DNA of 62,410 bases, filler included, from 9 parts of 9 records of this genome joined end to end with filler, not necessarily neighbours in it; one strand, 5' to 3'; counted from the first letter of the whole stretch, positions 34,367 to 46,804 are shown. Notes: generated from the sequence alone by a model not told the origin. Numbers and translations: made by a program.

Positions 34367-35011
34367 ATGGCCCGGCGCGCGGCTGTATTATGGCTCCACG
34401 GACTGGGCGACTCGGGTCCTGGCTGGGAGGGCGCGTTCGGAGCTCTGCCTGGGGTCCAGTTCGTGCACCCGACTGCGCCCACCCAGCCCGTGAGCATACA
34501 GGGCGGCGGGGCCTGCACCAGCTGGTTCGACCTAACCACCTGGCCCATCTCCGCGGCCGAGCCGGAGCCCCCGGAGGGAATCAAGGACTCGGTGGCCACG
34601 GTGCATAGATTAATTGAGCAGATCGAGGCCGACGGAGTCCCGCCCGAGCGCGTGGTACTCGGCGGATTCTCGCAGGGTGGCACGCTGGCGCTGCTGGCCG
34701 GGCTGAGCTGCCCCAAGCGGCTGGCTGGGGTTGTCTCAATCAGCGGCTGGTGCGCGTACCGGGCCGAGTTGGCCGGGCAGATCCATCCGGCTAACAAAGA
34801 GCTGCCGGTGCTCTTCTGCTGCGGGACCCGGGACCCTGTGGTCTCGTTCGGGCTGGGGAAGCTCAGCGGAGAGCTGCTCCAGGCGGCGCTCGAGGGCGTA
34901 ACGGTCAAGCACGCGGAGCGCGGGATGCACCAGCCGGACGGGAGCGAGATGGAGGCCGCGGTGGGCTTTATGGTGCAGCACGCGCAGTGCCTAGCTGACC
35001 AGGCACCATAG
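34367..35011 (+). CDS. Acyl-protein thioesterase / lysophospholipase (APT1-like)
   Basis: WLHGLGDSG, SWFD, GGFSQGG, GTRDPVV, GMH. Confidence 0.92.
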   Translation: MARRAAVLWLHGLGDSGPGWEGAFGALPGVQFVHPTAPTQPVSIQGGGACTSWFDLTTWPISAAEPEPPEGIKDSVATVHRLIEQIEADGVPPERVVLGGFSQGGTLALLAGLSCPKRLAGVVSISGWCAYRAELAGQIHPANKELPVLFCCGTRDPVVSFGLGKLSGELLQAALEGVTVKHAERGMHQPDGSEMEAAVGFMVQHAQCLADQAP

Positions 35012-35191
35012 GGCTCCAATCCGTTGATTCAATTGATCGAGTCAAATGTCGATCGTAACAATACATAGATTAATCTCAAAGACTTATATAATCGTCAGCC
35101 GTAATGGCTAAACGTGATACACCAACCCGCTGGATTTCTACTTGCATGCATGGCGTTGCCCGCATGAGCCCGTATGAGAATAGCTATCCGC

Positions 35192-36076
35192 TCACATCTC
35201 GCCGCACTCTGACACCTACGGCCCACCCACTGAGCCTGAGCCGCGCGGACGAGACGCCACCGTTACTGACAGCTTGGGCTTATTGGCGCCTCCCACCGAG
35301 ATGTTTTCTATCTGAGCACAAGGCGCTCGACCGGGAGCGGTTCGGTGGATCACCTTGCGTATAGTGAGCAACCCATCAATCACCTTGCCAAAAACAACGT
35401 GCTTGTTATCCAACCAGTCGCACTTATCGCAGGTGACGAAAAACTGCCGGCCGGTCAGCCCGCCGGGCCGCGAACGGTGACCTGGCAGCCGTTGGTGTCG
35501 CGCCCCGAGTTGGCCTGACCCACACAGTCGGCGCAGGCGGAGCAGGCCGCACCATCGAGAGCAGCCCTGGCTCGACGTGCTTGAGGTCAAAGTTCTCGTC
35601 CTCGAACTGACTGCCGTATATGCTAAGGCTCCCGGTGCCGTCCCCCTGCGCCCGGCTCGGGCCAGGTTCAGGCCCGGGGGCCGCCTTGACGATGTCGCCG
35701 CCCTGGATCATGAACCCTTTGATTACCCGGTGGAACCCGCAGCCTTTGTACCCCACCGGCACCCCCGCCTTCCTGCCCTCCCACGCTGGGCCCTGGCCGC
35801 CTCCCGCGCGCACCGGAACTCTCCGGTGCACAGCTGCCGAAAGTTCTCTGCAGTCCTGCCGGCCGCATAGTGAGCCGGCCCGGAGCCCGGGGGGCACTTG
35901 GGGCATCTGTCGGCGAAGAGCTCCATCTTGACGCGGCCGGAGTGGTGCCCCCCGATCGCGATGTCCATGAACACCACGGGGTTGCCCCCTGCCGCCGCCC
36001 GCTCCGCCCGGCCCCCGAGCCGGCGGGCACCGTTGGGCCCGGAGCCGAAGCCGCCACTGCCAATCTTGCCCGACAT
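35192..36076 (-). CDS. Cyclophilin (cyclophilin H-like), 8 introns of 38-45 nt
   Basis: Introns 35989-36030, 35856-35897, 35773-35813, 35646-35684 (GC-AG), 35515-35552, 35444-35481, 35312-35353 and 35216-35260 give NPVVFMD...[18 protein letters not shown]...[14 protein letters not shown]...[13 protein letters not shown]...ECGEM. Confidence 0.92.
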
Positions 36077-36243
36077 CGGCTGCTCTCTGCCGCCCGCCAC
36101 TCAGCGCTCACCAGGCGGGGAGCGGGAGAGGCTCACCTCTCCGCTGTCCTCGTCCGAGCTGTACCACCAACGGACGGCTCCTTTCTTTTTCTTTTTCTTT
36201 TGTGGAGCAAGTCTTCACGCTCGTGGGCTAGCGCGGCGTCAGG

Positions 36244-36634
<391 letters not shown>

Positions 36635-36734
36635 NNNNNNNNNNNNNNNNNNNNNNNNNNNNNNNNNNNNNNNNNNNNTTAATTAATTAANNNNNNNNNN
36701 NNNNNNNNNNNNNNNNNNNNNNNNNNNNNNNNNN
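36635..36734. other. Artificial contig linker
   Basis: N44-TTAATTAATTAA-N44. Confidence 0.98.
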
Positions 36735-36983
36735 CCAGTGGGACGCGCCGAGGCACAGTGACTTCAGAGCCGGGCGGCTTGAGAGGCCTGGCTGGACTGG
36801 AGTCAGTGACCCCAAGGCCGGGCTGGTCCGAGGCGAAGTGGTCCCGCGCGCCGACGCGCACCATTAGAACTGCGTCGGACGGAGCATCTATGATGCATGA
36901 CAGGAGCAAGGAATCGCACTAGTCAATGGAGTCGGCTGTAAGTAGGCCAGAGGAACTTTAAATACTCGTACATGTAATCGACG

Positions 36984-39218
36984 TTAACGGTTCCGATGCC
37001 TCAGCAAGCCACCGGGGTACTTTTGGAGAACTAAACTGGCTCCAAACCCTCCCATTTGCGCCCTCCCTTCAAATCCCATTCGCCGCCCGCTGTCCGCATT
37101 GTAAAAGTCTGTTAGCGCCCACCGGTCTGGGGTCTCCTCTGCAAATCGACGGATCCTCGAGTAGAGATCTCGCACCGCACTGGCGCCACACATGGCGGCT
37201 GTCCACTCGCTCCAGCCTGCGTTGGTTAGGTGGCGCGCATCGGCCTCGCTGCGGCTGTCGAGATACCAGCCATACTCGCGTCGAACGGTGCCGTTGTGAG
37301 CCATGTAGAAAGCGCACTCCGCCTCAATGGCTTTGTCAAACAGTCCGAACCCAAAGACCTGATCCCAGATGAGATTATACTTTTGTGACCAAGATTCACC
37401 AAGCCCGTAAGTCCTGACCGTGGCGCCCCCGCGCCCACCAGCCGCCAGCGCAGTCCACTCGCGCGCGTAATCCGCCGCAATCTGCCAGTACCGACCGCCA
37501 CAGTCCCGGCCGGTGTTGTTGCAAAGCGCGGAGAAAGCCGCTATCCCGATGATTGACTTGGCGGCCAGGTTGGCGTTGAGCGCAGACGGGCCTTCGTAGT
37601 CGTCGGAGCAAGGCTGTAGCGCCGGGCGGAGGCCGTGATCGACTAGGTAGTCGGCGTACTGGCGGAGGAGAGAGAAGAACTCTTCAACGTCGGAGTAGTC
37701 ATTAGTGGCGAGGGCGGCGGCGGCCATCATCTGGAGGTTGTCCGCTGTGATCTCGAGCGGCATGCCCTCGCACGGAGCGCTGTGGTCGTAGTGGTTGCCC
37801 CAGCACTGCAACTCGGCGACGGGGTACTGGCCGAGGTAGTGGATGCTGTACAGCTCGCCCCAACTCACATTGAGCGGCCACGAGCCGTTGGGCACAACAG
37901 TCTTATTCTGCATGAATATATTAATTGGCCGCAGCAGCGCGTTGAGCAGCTCAGGCTGCCCCCACAGGAAGAGCAGCGCTGCCGGATAGTTGTCGTCGAT
38001 CGTGCCGGTATCCCCGCTGCTTCCGAGACCTTTCACAAACAGCATCGGTCCCGCTGGTGCCGGCTGCGCCAGGCCTTGGCCAGTGAAATAGACCAGCGAA
38101 TTATCTGCGAGGACCTGCCTGTAGGACAAAGCACCGATAATCGCGAAATCCGGCCCGCCAGCTGCAGCCATGGCCTGCATCATGTGATCGTCATACGCCT
38201 CGCATTTGGCACGCAGCGAATCGAAATCAGTGAGAACCCTTTCGACGACCTCACTGAACTCTGAGCTGCGTCGCCAGTACTCGGCCATGACAACTCCAAA
38301 ATACCGAGCGCTGGCCCCTTGGTCGTCGTGAGACAGCGCTGCGCGGGCCTGGCCGGCTGTGCTGTTGCCCAGATCCCAGCTGACACTCAAGGACGGCCAG
38401 TCGTTCCCGACCCCGCCCGGCTCACACTTGCACACGCTGTCTTTGCATGCGGGCAGAGGCATTGCCGTCTCGTCCTGGCCCGGCAGAGCTCCCGTCTCCG
38501 CAAAGCTGCTCCGAGCGGTGTTCGAACTGCCCATCCAGGAGCCCACGCCCCGCTCGCCAGCGGGTACACTCAAGTGCGCCGTGCCCCAATCAATATGCTC
38601 GACTGGCTGACCCCCACGGGCGCTGGCCGGCGAGAACGGACTGTACTCGCGGAGGGGGACGCCGCCCGCGTGGAATATCCGCATCGAGGTGTGCCGCCAC
38701 GGGTCGCGAGCCCAGCCGACGGGAGCCGAGTCGGCGTCAACCACCATCTGCCCGGTCATTTCGAAAAAGGCCTGCACTCGGTGCACCCGCCCGTCCACCG
38801 AGCGCGTGCTGAGATGTATCAGCGCAATTGGGGCGTAGCTGTCCATGTCTGCAAGGAACTTTGGGCTGCTGAAGCTCAGCTTGGCCGCCACTCCGGCCCC
38901 CCTGAAGGAATATATGGTTTGGGTGGGCCGCACGGTGGCCGCACCCACCTGCGGCAGGGCGGGCATCGCCAACGGGCTGCCCGGCGGGCACTGCGAGTGC
39001 AGAGGTCCGAGCAGTGAGTAGGCGGTGCCGTCGATACGCAGGGCGCAAGTCATCGAGCCGACCTTGTCGTTTCGCACGTGGGTCACCCAAGAGTCCGTGG
39101 CGTTGTCGGCCGGGGACCACCAGTTGACGTAAGGGCTATGCACCCAGAGGGGCACCGCCGGGGCCCTGGAGCTGGCGGTGCAGGTACACAGGAGCAACAA
39201 CCCGGCGCTGCCGCGCAT
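36984..39218 (-). CDS. Secreted glutaminase A (GtaA)/DUF4965-DUF5127-DUF1793-like protein
   Basis: RAPAVPLWVHSPYVNWW, SSGDTGTIDDNYP, MPLE, DDYEG, WSQKYNLIWD; intronless. Confidence 0.8.
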   Translation of the reverse strand: MRGSAGLLLLCTCTASSRAPAVPLWVHSPYVNWWSPADNATDSWVTHVRNDKVGSMTCALRIDGTAYSLLGPLHSQCPPGSPLAMPALPQVGAATVRPTQTIYSFRGAGVAAKLSFSSPKFLADMDSYAPIALIHLSTRSVDGRVHRVQAFFEMTGQMVVDADSAPVGWARDPWRHTSMRIFHAGGVPLREYSPFSPASARGGQPVEHIDWGTAHLSVPAGERGVGSWMGSSNTARSSFAETGALPGQDETAMPLPACKDSVCKCEPGGVGNDWPSLSVSWDLGNSTAGQARAALSHDDQGASARYFGVVMAEYWRRSSEFSEVVERVLTDFDSLRAKCEAYDDHMMQAMAAAGGPDFAIIGALSYRQVLADNSLVYFTGQGLAQPAPAGPMLFVKGLGSSGDTGTIDDNYPAALLFLWGQPELLNALLRPINIFMQNKTVVPNGSWPLNVSWGELYSIHYLGQYPVAELQCWGNHYDHSAPCEGMPLEITADNLQMMAAAALATNDYSDVEEFFSLLRQYADYLVDHGLRPALQPCSDDYEGPSALNANLAAKSIIGIAAFSALCNNTGRDCGGRYWQIAADYAREWTALAAGGRGGATVRTYGLGESWSQKYNLIWDQVFGFGLFDKAIEAECAFYMAHNGTVRREYGWYLDSRSEADARHLTNAGWSEWTAAMCGASAVRDLYSRIRRFAEETPDRWALTDFYNADSGRRMGFEGRAQMGGFGASLVLQKYPGGLLRHRNR

Positions 39219-39611
39219 TTCTAACGGATGAAATCTGAGTTCAGTGAGTTGATCCGATGCATTCGAACGAAATCAGTTTTAAGAAATGAGATCGGTCGAT
39301 ATAGCGCCATGCGGGTTCGATGCGATCAGGCCTGTTTGCACCATGCATGTACTAAATATGTTGTATCTATTCCGAAAAGAGAATGATCATCGTTCCCATG
39401 AGTATACAATCATGTAAAAGCCGACCGCTTGGTACTGCCGGGGAACCGTGCCGCACTTGCAGCTCCCCCGCTGGCATAAGGCCAGTAGGGGCTGGCCGCT
39501 GCTATAGGAGCAGCTAGCTATAAGTGAACCTTGAAAGCACATCTGCTGGGACTGTCTCGATGAGAGCATCGTAGGCTCTTGTTTTGGGAGTTTCACAAGC
39601 CATAGGGGCAG

Positions 39612-40360
39612 TCACTCCGCGGCAGTCTGCGGGATGGTGTGCACCCACGGCTCGCTGCACGCCAGCGCCACCAGTCCGTCGAAATCCAGATCAGTCGCCT
39701 CCTTGCCCCCGATCCTGCACCCACAGCGTCAGACCCACACGCCAGCCGGCCCCACCGCCGGCAGCCGGCCAGCACCGAGCTGCGCTTCTCCTCGAACGAG
39801 GTGCTCCGCTGCCACTGTTCGGCCGCCATCCGATCTGGATCGAGCATCTCCCCCGGCTGGACCGGCATCCCAGGGCCAGGCTCGCCAGACCAAGCCGTAA
39901 GCAGCAGCCGGAGCGCACTGTCCACAGACAGCCGACCTGCCCACCCCCGTGAGCCCAGCCCCAGCCAGTCGGCGCACCGGGCGGTCCGGAGGCCGGGTCC
40001 TGGTCGGCCTCCGCGAACAAGGCCCGGAGCCGCTCGAGCCTGGTCGGGGGCAGCGCAGGCTCGGTGCTCTCTTGGGGCAGCCGGATGGCCACGATCGGGC
40101 CGCCGGGGGTGATCTGGTGGTGGTCGAGCAGCACGCTCCCGGGGAACATGGAATGGCCCGGTCTGACCAGCCGAAGCTTCTTAGGGGTACAGCCCGCCCC
40201 GAGCCGACGGGCCACGCTGGCCTTGAGGTCGGCTACGGTGGATCCAGCCGCCAGCGTGAGCGAGAGCTGGAGCGGCCGGATCTGCCCATCCTGCGTGTTC
40301 ACCACCACCTGCCCAGCGGAATTTTAGTGTACCACCGCCAGATCGCAGACCGACCTCCAT
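39612..40360 (-). CDS. Ubiquitin-like-domain protein, 3 introns
   Basis: ME|VVVNTQ...STVADLKASVA...KLRLV; introns of 46, 41 and 41 nt; TGA 39612. Confidence 0.65.
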
Positions 40361-40442
40361 GTCACCGAACGACGCCGAGCTCCAACGGACAAACCATGGC
40401 CCGAGGACTGGCGAGGAGCGACTGGAGAGCAAGCTGCGAGCA

Positions 40443-40542
40443 NNNNNNNNNNNNNNNNNNNNNNNNNNNNNNNNNNNNNNNNNNNNTTAATTAATTAANN
40501 NNNNNNNNNNNNNNNNNNNNNNNNNNNNNNNNNNNNNNNNNN
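40443..40542. other. Artificial contig linker
   Basis: N44-TTAATTAATTAA-N44. Confidence 0.98.
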
Positions 40543-43022
40543 AGGCGATCAGGGGCTCGACCAGGCTGCTGGTGGCGGCGAAGGGTGCGCCAAACAAGCG
40601 GAAGCTGTGGACGCTGCATGCGGTCTCTCTGGTGCTGGGGCTGTGCTTCCTCATCATCTGGCCATGGGCTGAGGCCGATCCCGACGCGTTCGATCGGACG
40701 GATGACGTCTACTACAGATACGAGTGCAAGACCTATGAGTACTTCCAATCTGCCGGGTACGGAGTGTCGGCCTGCTATTTCCGCGGCATGTACGGCTGCT
40801 CGTGGCTGAGCAAGCCGATCTACACCAGCCTGTTCGGGTGCACAAACCCGTCCGGGATCGCCAAGCTCTTCCTGTCGCTCTTTTGGCTGTGGCTGGGGCA
40901 GCTGCTGACCGAGCAAAGCCACCAGAAGCGCACCGCATTCCAGCACGAACGGACCACTCTGGTCCAGCTGCTCGGGCTCACCTTAATCGTGTACAGTGTG
41001 CTCGAGATGAGGGGGACTGGCATCGGCCGGTTCGACTTCTCAGCGCTGCTCGCGTAGCCCACCACGGCTGGTTGGGCCTGACGGTGCGTGTGCAGGTTCG
41101 ATTTGATCGTATACGGGCTCACCTGGACCCTTCTCTTCTGCTCATGTCCATTTCCATCCGAGCAGGAGCAAAGGCTTTCGCGGCTGGGAGCCCAGGTCTT
41201 GTTCCTGTGCAACGTGATGTTGTCCACCATCGGCCGGTTAAACACGCCGCCCACCACAGTCGGAGTTGTGGCCATCGTCCAGGCTGTGGCGAGCGCCGGG
41301 GTCATTGCGTTTTGTGTTCTCCGCCAGGGCCAATGCTCCCGGCCGCCCAGCTGCAGAGCAATTAAGCTGGCAATTAAGTCAATTGCGACGATTATCCTGA
41401 ATCTCGGGATGGGCTCCAGCGGCAGGAGCAGCGATGGCCGCGCGGCCTCTGCGCGGCTCTCGTGTGTGTCTGGAGTGTGCCGAGATCAGGATCCGAGGTC
41501 TGAATTCGGTCATTCTGCTGGGTTCCTGACGGCTACAGTGTACGTGCTGGTCGTTCTAGCCCAAGTGTTTACAGCCATGACATATCTTTTCAGGAATACT
41601 GCATCGCAGATAGGCAAGGATGAATCGTGTAGCCATTACGTCGGCAGAGACGAGTCCGCGGCTGGGGCGGCTGCCGCATTCTGCGCATATAATTACTGCA
41701 TGTTTCTTCTATTTGCCGTCTGCCCGCTGCTCGTGGCGATCGACATCGAGCTGCACCGGCTCTATTGGCAGGGTGGGGCTCAATTAGCGTTCTATGACAT
41801 TCTCGGAAAACTGCCTTGCAACAAATATCGAGCTTCGCACGGGGACTGGGCTGAAGTTGATCTAATCGCGGCTGGCTCCGAGGGGATGGTACACACGGCC
41901 GTGTTGGATAGTTACAGACTCCAGCTGAACACTCGCCAGGGCACGGATCTCATTTGCGTCAAAACGCCACATCTTGACGGCCTGGATGCACTCACAGCGG
42001 TATATAGGGAAACCGCCACGTTGATCCATATCATGGAGACACTGAAGGCGCCGGCGGAAGAGCACATTGTGAGGCTGATTGGGTTCTGCGGGGAGCTCCC
42101 GAATGTGGCCTTGCTGCTCGAGTACTGCGACGGCGGCACCCTTTGCAATAGACTGCTATCCGCTCATCTGGCATTGGAGGACAGCCCTGAGCGCAGCCAG
42201 AGTTGGTCACCAAAGACCTGGTTTGGCAAGGACTCGGAAAGCGCAACAGGCGATAGCAGGCCCTCTACCCCACAGGCTCAGGATACGTTACACAAACGGC
42301 TGGGCTGGGCTCATCAAGTAGCAACCGGGATCCGAGCGCTGCATCGCTGCCAAGTGGCTCACTTGGATATCAAGACCGACAACATCTTGCTGCGGAACGA
42401 GGTAGCTTACATCACCGATTTTGGATGCTCGGTGCTGGCGGAAGACTCCAAGAGCGGATGGCTCCCGGCCAACACAGGGACACGGGCTTTCATGGCGCCG
42501 GAGCTCAACCTCGCCCAAGATTGCCTGGGGGCTAGGCTGCAAGTAGACCCGTTCAGCTGTGACGCATTTTCGTTCGGGTTCCTGCTCTACGAGTGTGTGA
42601 CTTTCAATCGCGAGCCCCGGTGTCGGTCTAGGGCTGATGAACTGCTCGATGCTGCCGCGCGGGATAGACTGCTGCAGGCCGCACCGGTGCTCGAGCAAGG
42701 CGAGCTGGATGGGGAGTGGGGCTCGCCTTCGGATGGTGTTGTCCAGATACTAACAGACTGCTTCAAAGAGAATCCGAATGAGCGGCCAACCTTCAACACC
42801 ATCGTGGACAGACTTGCAGATGAGTGTGCAAGGATGTGCGAGCCAATTGCTGATCTCGACGACAGCAAAGATTCTGTCACAGCTGCTGAAGACCTCACAG
42901 ATCTCGGGCCGCGCCAACGGATGTTCGAATCGGGCGAATTGCCGACCATGGGACCGGTTGCTGTAGGGCCAGATCAGGATGAAGAGCTCAACTTGACAGT
43001 AGTTGACATGCCGGTGATTTAG
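40543..43022 (+). CDS. Multi-pass membrane protein fused to a TKL-like kinase, 5' truncated
   Basis: A 42-nt intron near 41054-41095 joins two ORFs; many hydrophobic helices, then GSEGMV, CVK, HLDIKTDN, DFG, GTRAFMAPE. Confidence 0.85.
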
Positions 43023-43375
43023 ATAATGGCTTTCAGCAGTCTTGTAATCTTGAAATCAAGTGGTGAACACAATCGCATACTCATATAATACTCATAGATC
43101 AAGACCATAGGTTATGCGGTCTTTTAAAAGGCTCCGACTTTCTAATAAAAATAATGTACTTGAATAAAATAAACGACCTTACGACTTCAACCCTCGTCGT
43201 CTGGTAAAAAACTGGATTTTATCGACTTGAACGTGTGTGTAAAAATTAGTATAGAATAACTATCGCCCGATTAACTCTCTACTTGTAGTATAGTCATAGA
43301 TTAAGACCTTTTCAAAGACTTCAACTAGACTATAACCTCTAGGTACCCTTCGTATACTGTATGCCCTAGAGTCCT

Positions 43376-44373
43376 TCATTCGCGTTTTGGCGAGGACCGT
43401 GGCATTGGTTTGGCCAGCCACTTGACGACTTGCTGCGTCGCATCGAGGACCATCACAATGTTGAACAAGCTCATGAACACAATTCCCACAAACGTCCCGC
43501 CCAGCGCCCAGTGGAACGATTCCCGCTCCAGAATGTCTAGCCACAGCTGCCGAGCGCACACTGACCAGATCCAGGCCCTCGTAACCATCACTGTGATCCA
43601 CTGCACCACCTACAAAGCCAACTGGCATCGCCATCGGGCCGAGCACTCACCGCAATCGCCTTGACTTGGATCATGCCGCTCGGCTTGGTGACGTCCAGCG
43701 TGAACTTGTACTGGCCAGTCGCGTAGCAGATCCCGGCGGCCAGCAGCAGCGCGAGTGGAATCCGGTGGAACGCAGGGTTGGCAATCATGAACCGGCACAG
43801 CGGCACAATCGTCATTATCGAGGTAGTATGGTGCAGCACGTCCATCACAATCCAGCTCTTCAGCGGCATCTTCTCCCCGAAGAGCGGCCCCGGGAACAGC
43901 AGCTTTAGAGTGCCCCTTGCGAAGTCGCCCGCGTCTGCCCTCGGCCTCACAGGTGCCGCAGCCCGGCGCACCGAATCCCAGTGCGAGCAGCAGCCCGAAC
44001 ACGAACATCTCCCGCCCGTTGGACCCGGCCGCCGCCCACCCGGACACATTCACAGGCACCAACAGTAGCCCGGCCTGCCGCCCGGCCTGACCGACAGCCG
44101 GCCTAGCCGGCTCACCATCGTGTGGTGGGCGCACATGATCACAGTCCACGCGAAGGTCTCGCTGGCCATTTTCTCGGTGATCGCCTCCTTGGCGTATCCG
44201 AAAGAGACCATGATGGTCGACTGCGGGCCCTTGGCCCGCAACCACCAGGGCTGCCGCCGGATGACGGTCCCCAGCGCCCGAAGCGACGGCTCCAGAAGCA
44301 GCAGGCAGATTAGCCCGGAGGCCCCCGCTAGCTGCAGCAGCGTGCCGAACTCATCGCACGCCCGGACCAGCAT
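43376..44373 (-). CDS. Multi-pass membrane protein (TLC-like), 3 introns
   Basis: GT-AG introns of 41, 37 and 41 nt join four ORF pieces; VLHH motif and hydrophobic segments. Confidence 0.65.
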
Positions 44374-44475
44374 GGCAGAGGGAGCACGAGCGAGGAGGCC
44401 CCTTCGAGAGACACTTGCTGCTCACGGGGCAGGATAGCTGATAACGGAAGATAACGGCTTTGTGCTCGACCCAAG

Positions 44476-46710
44476 ATGCGGAGAGCGAGGCTGCTTTGCT
44501 GGCTGGCGCTGCTTTTGATCGGCGCTGCCGGAGCAGCTGGTCCGTTCGAATCAATTTTCCGGCCGTGGGACTTTGGGCTGCCCTGCTGGCGGATCCCGGC
44601 CGCTGCGGTGGTCCCAGCCTCCGGCGACAACCCCAGCCGGGTGGTGGTGTTCGCTGAGGGCCGCTACTCCAACGGCGACGGCTGCCAGGTGCCCAACGCC
44701 ACCGGCCCGACCCCGCGCGCCGACCCGTGCAACGGGTACTACCGCAACATCTTCTATCGCACCTCCGACGACCTCGGCCGATCCTGGGGCCCGGTTCAAA
44801 GGCTGGCCGGCAACGCGAGCCAGTGCCTCACCGATCCGGCGCCCATCTGGCACCAGCCCTCGGGCAAGCTACTTGTGCAGTACAGCGCAGCCGGCGGGAC
44901 CGAGACCTGGCAGCACGAGAGCTCTGACAGGGCCGGCAGCTTCGGGCCCGGCCGCCTACTCAACGATCAGCTCGGGCCGGCCGCCGGGAAGCGTCCGGGG
45001 CCGGCCGGCGGGTTGGCGCTGGACTCGGGCAGGTTGATGGTGGCCGGCTACGGGAACGTGAACGAGCCGAGCCCCGGTGTGTCGGTGTGGTGGTCTGATG
45101 ACGCCGGCGGCTCGTGGGCACTCTCGGCGGTCAACGGGAGTGGGCCAAATGTGAATGTGTCGGGCAATTCGTTCGTGGCCGGGGCGGACGAATCGGTGCT
45201 GGTGGTGCTGCCGGGCACGGACGACGTGCTGCTCTCGATGAGGATCGACGCGGGCGTGCCGCGCCGTGCCGCGCTGGCCCCCGGCGGAGGCAGGCTTGGG
45301 GCCAGGCCGGTGTTCGATGAGAGGCTCGCGCCGGCCGGGGCTTTGCTCCCAGACGGGGGAGGCGACATGGGCTCGCTGCTGGCAGCCGACGGCAAGCTGT
45401 ACTACTCGATGGCGCTGGCGGCTGACAAGTCGCGCACGCACATGACGGTGCTGTGCTCTGAGGACGGCGCCAGCAGTTGGCGGCGAGGCGTGCTGGTGTA
45501 TCCAGGCCCGGCCGCGTACTCAGAGCTAATGCCGCTGGCCGCCGGCCGGCTCGGATTGGCGTTTGAGCGCGACGTGGCGGATGGGAGCTGCGACGGCGAG
45601 AGCTGCCAAATCGTGTTCGCCAGCCTGCCAACTAAGATGCCGCCGTACAAGCCCCCAACGGTCGTCACAAACGCTGCTGCTGCGCCCAAGCGTGGGCTGG
45701 CTGGGCCGACCAGCTGCGGCGACGCGGCAGCGCTCGGGCTTGGCTCCTCGTGGTACTACAACTGGGGGCCGAGCCCAGACGGTAAAGATGGGCCGTGCCC
45801 AGGGCCGAGGGCTGCCGAGTTTGTGCCCATGTTCTGGTCCTGCTACGGTAACTGCACCACCGGCCTGCCGAACGACTACAGGCAGCAGTGGGCTGGGGCC
45901 GGCGTCCGGTCGGTCCTGGGCTTCAACGAGCCTGATAACCCCAGCCAGGCCAATCTGAGCCCGGAAGCAGCCGCCAGATTCTGGCCGCAGATCCAGGCTG
46001 TCGCGGAGAGTTTCGACCCACCGCTCGGGCTAGTCTCACCGGCGATGACCCACTGGGATAGCCAGGGCCGGTCGGTCTGGCTGGATCAATTCTTGGCGAA
46101 CTGCTCCGTGGTGCAAGGCTGCAATCCGGAGCTGATTAAGTACGTTGCGTTCCATGATTATTCCGGGAGCGCTGAAGGGGTCCTCGCCAAGGCGAACGGG
46201 GCCAGCCAGATCTATCAAAGGAAGGTTTGGCTCACCGAGTTCGCTGTGGGCAACGGCAGAGACAGGCCGGCGAATGATCAGTTTGCCAGGGCGGTCCTAC
46301 CAAAGCTCGAAGCGGCGGCCAGTGTGCACCGCTTCGCCTGGTTTGCGGTGCGGAACGCCCCAAGCTCGTGGGTGGCCGAGAGTAGCCTGTTGCCCTATGC
46401 GGGTGGTGGATGGGTCGAGACTGACCACTCAAGTTGCAAAGACAGCGACTCGAGCCTGAAGTGGCTGGGCAATCAGCTCACGCTCGCCAGCTGCAAGGCT
46501 GAGGCAACCAGCACGGCCAGCTGCATCGAGCCCAAGACTGTGGCTTACGAAGTCGGGGATGTCCGCAATTGCTATTGTGCCGTCGCGCGTTGCTTGCCGA
46601 TCAGCTCTAGTTGGCTGGGGCTGTATGTGCAACAAGATGCGAGTCCAGACTCGTTCAATATGAAACCTACTAGCACTGGCCGAATATACATGAATATGAC
46701 TATCTTGTAA
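44476..46710 (+). CDS. Secreted sialidase-like (GH33, Asp-box) plus GH128 beta-1,3-glucanase-like fusion
   Basis: WRIP, SDDLGRSW / SDDAGGSW / SEDGASSW Asp boxes, AAYS; then SWYYNW, EFVPMFW, LGFNEPD, VWLTEF. Confidence 0.85.
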   Translation: MRRARLLCWLALLLIGAAGAAGPFESIFRPWDFGLPCWRIPAAAVVPASGDNPSRVVVFAEGRYSNGDGCQVPNATGPTPRADPCNGYYRNIFYRTSDDLGRSWGPVQRLAGNASQCLTDPAPIWHQPSGKLLVQYSAAGGTETWQHESSDRAGSFGPGRLLNDQLGPAAGKRPGPAGGLALDSGRLMVAGYGNVNEPSPGVSVWWSDDAGGSWALSAVNGSGPNVNVSGNSFVAGADESVLVVLPGTDDVLLSMRIDAGVPRRAALAPGGGRLGARPVFDERLAPAGALLPDGGGDMGSLLAADGKLYYSMALAADKSRTHMTVLCSEDGASSWRRGVLVYPGPAAYSELMPLAAGRLGLAFERDVADGSCDGESCQIVFASLPTKMPPYKPPTVVTNAAAAPKRGLAGPTSCGDAAALGLGSSWYYNWGPSPDGKDGPCPGPRAAEFVPMFWSCYGNCTTGLPNDYRQQWAGAGVRSVLGFNEPDNPSQANLSPEAAARFWPQIQAVAESFDPPLGLVSPAMTHWDSQGRSVWLDQFLANCSVVQGCNPELIKYVAFHDYSGSAEGVLAKANGASQIYQRKVWLTEFAVGNGRDRPANDQFARAVLPKLEAAASVHRFAWFAVRNAPSSWVAESSLLPYAGGGWVETDHSSCKDSDSSLKWLGNQLTLASCKAEATSTASCIEPKTVAYEVGDVRNCYCAVARCLPISSSWLGLYVQQDASPDSFNMKPTSTGRIYMNMTIL

Positions 46711-46804
46711 TTGTTACATCAAATTATATTCAATTGTACGATTACTGCATGCGATTATGTAACGATGCTTGCACTTGTATAGACCTTGGAGACCTTGGTC
46801 ATGT

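Noticed and set aside
35216-36030. Introner (mobile intron) family behind the uniform intron length
   Set aside because: The introns share length but not sequence, terminal repeats or consistent target duplications.
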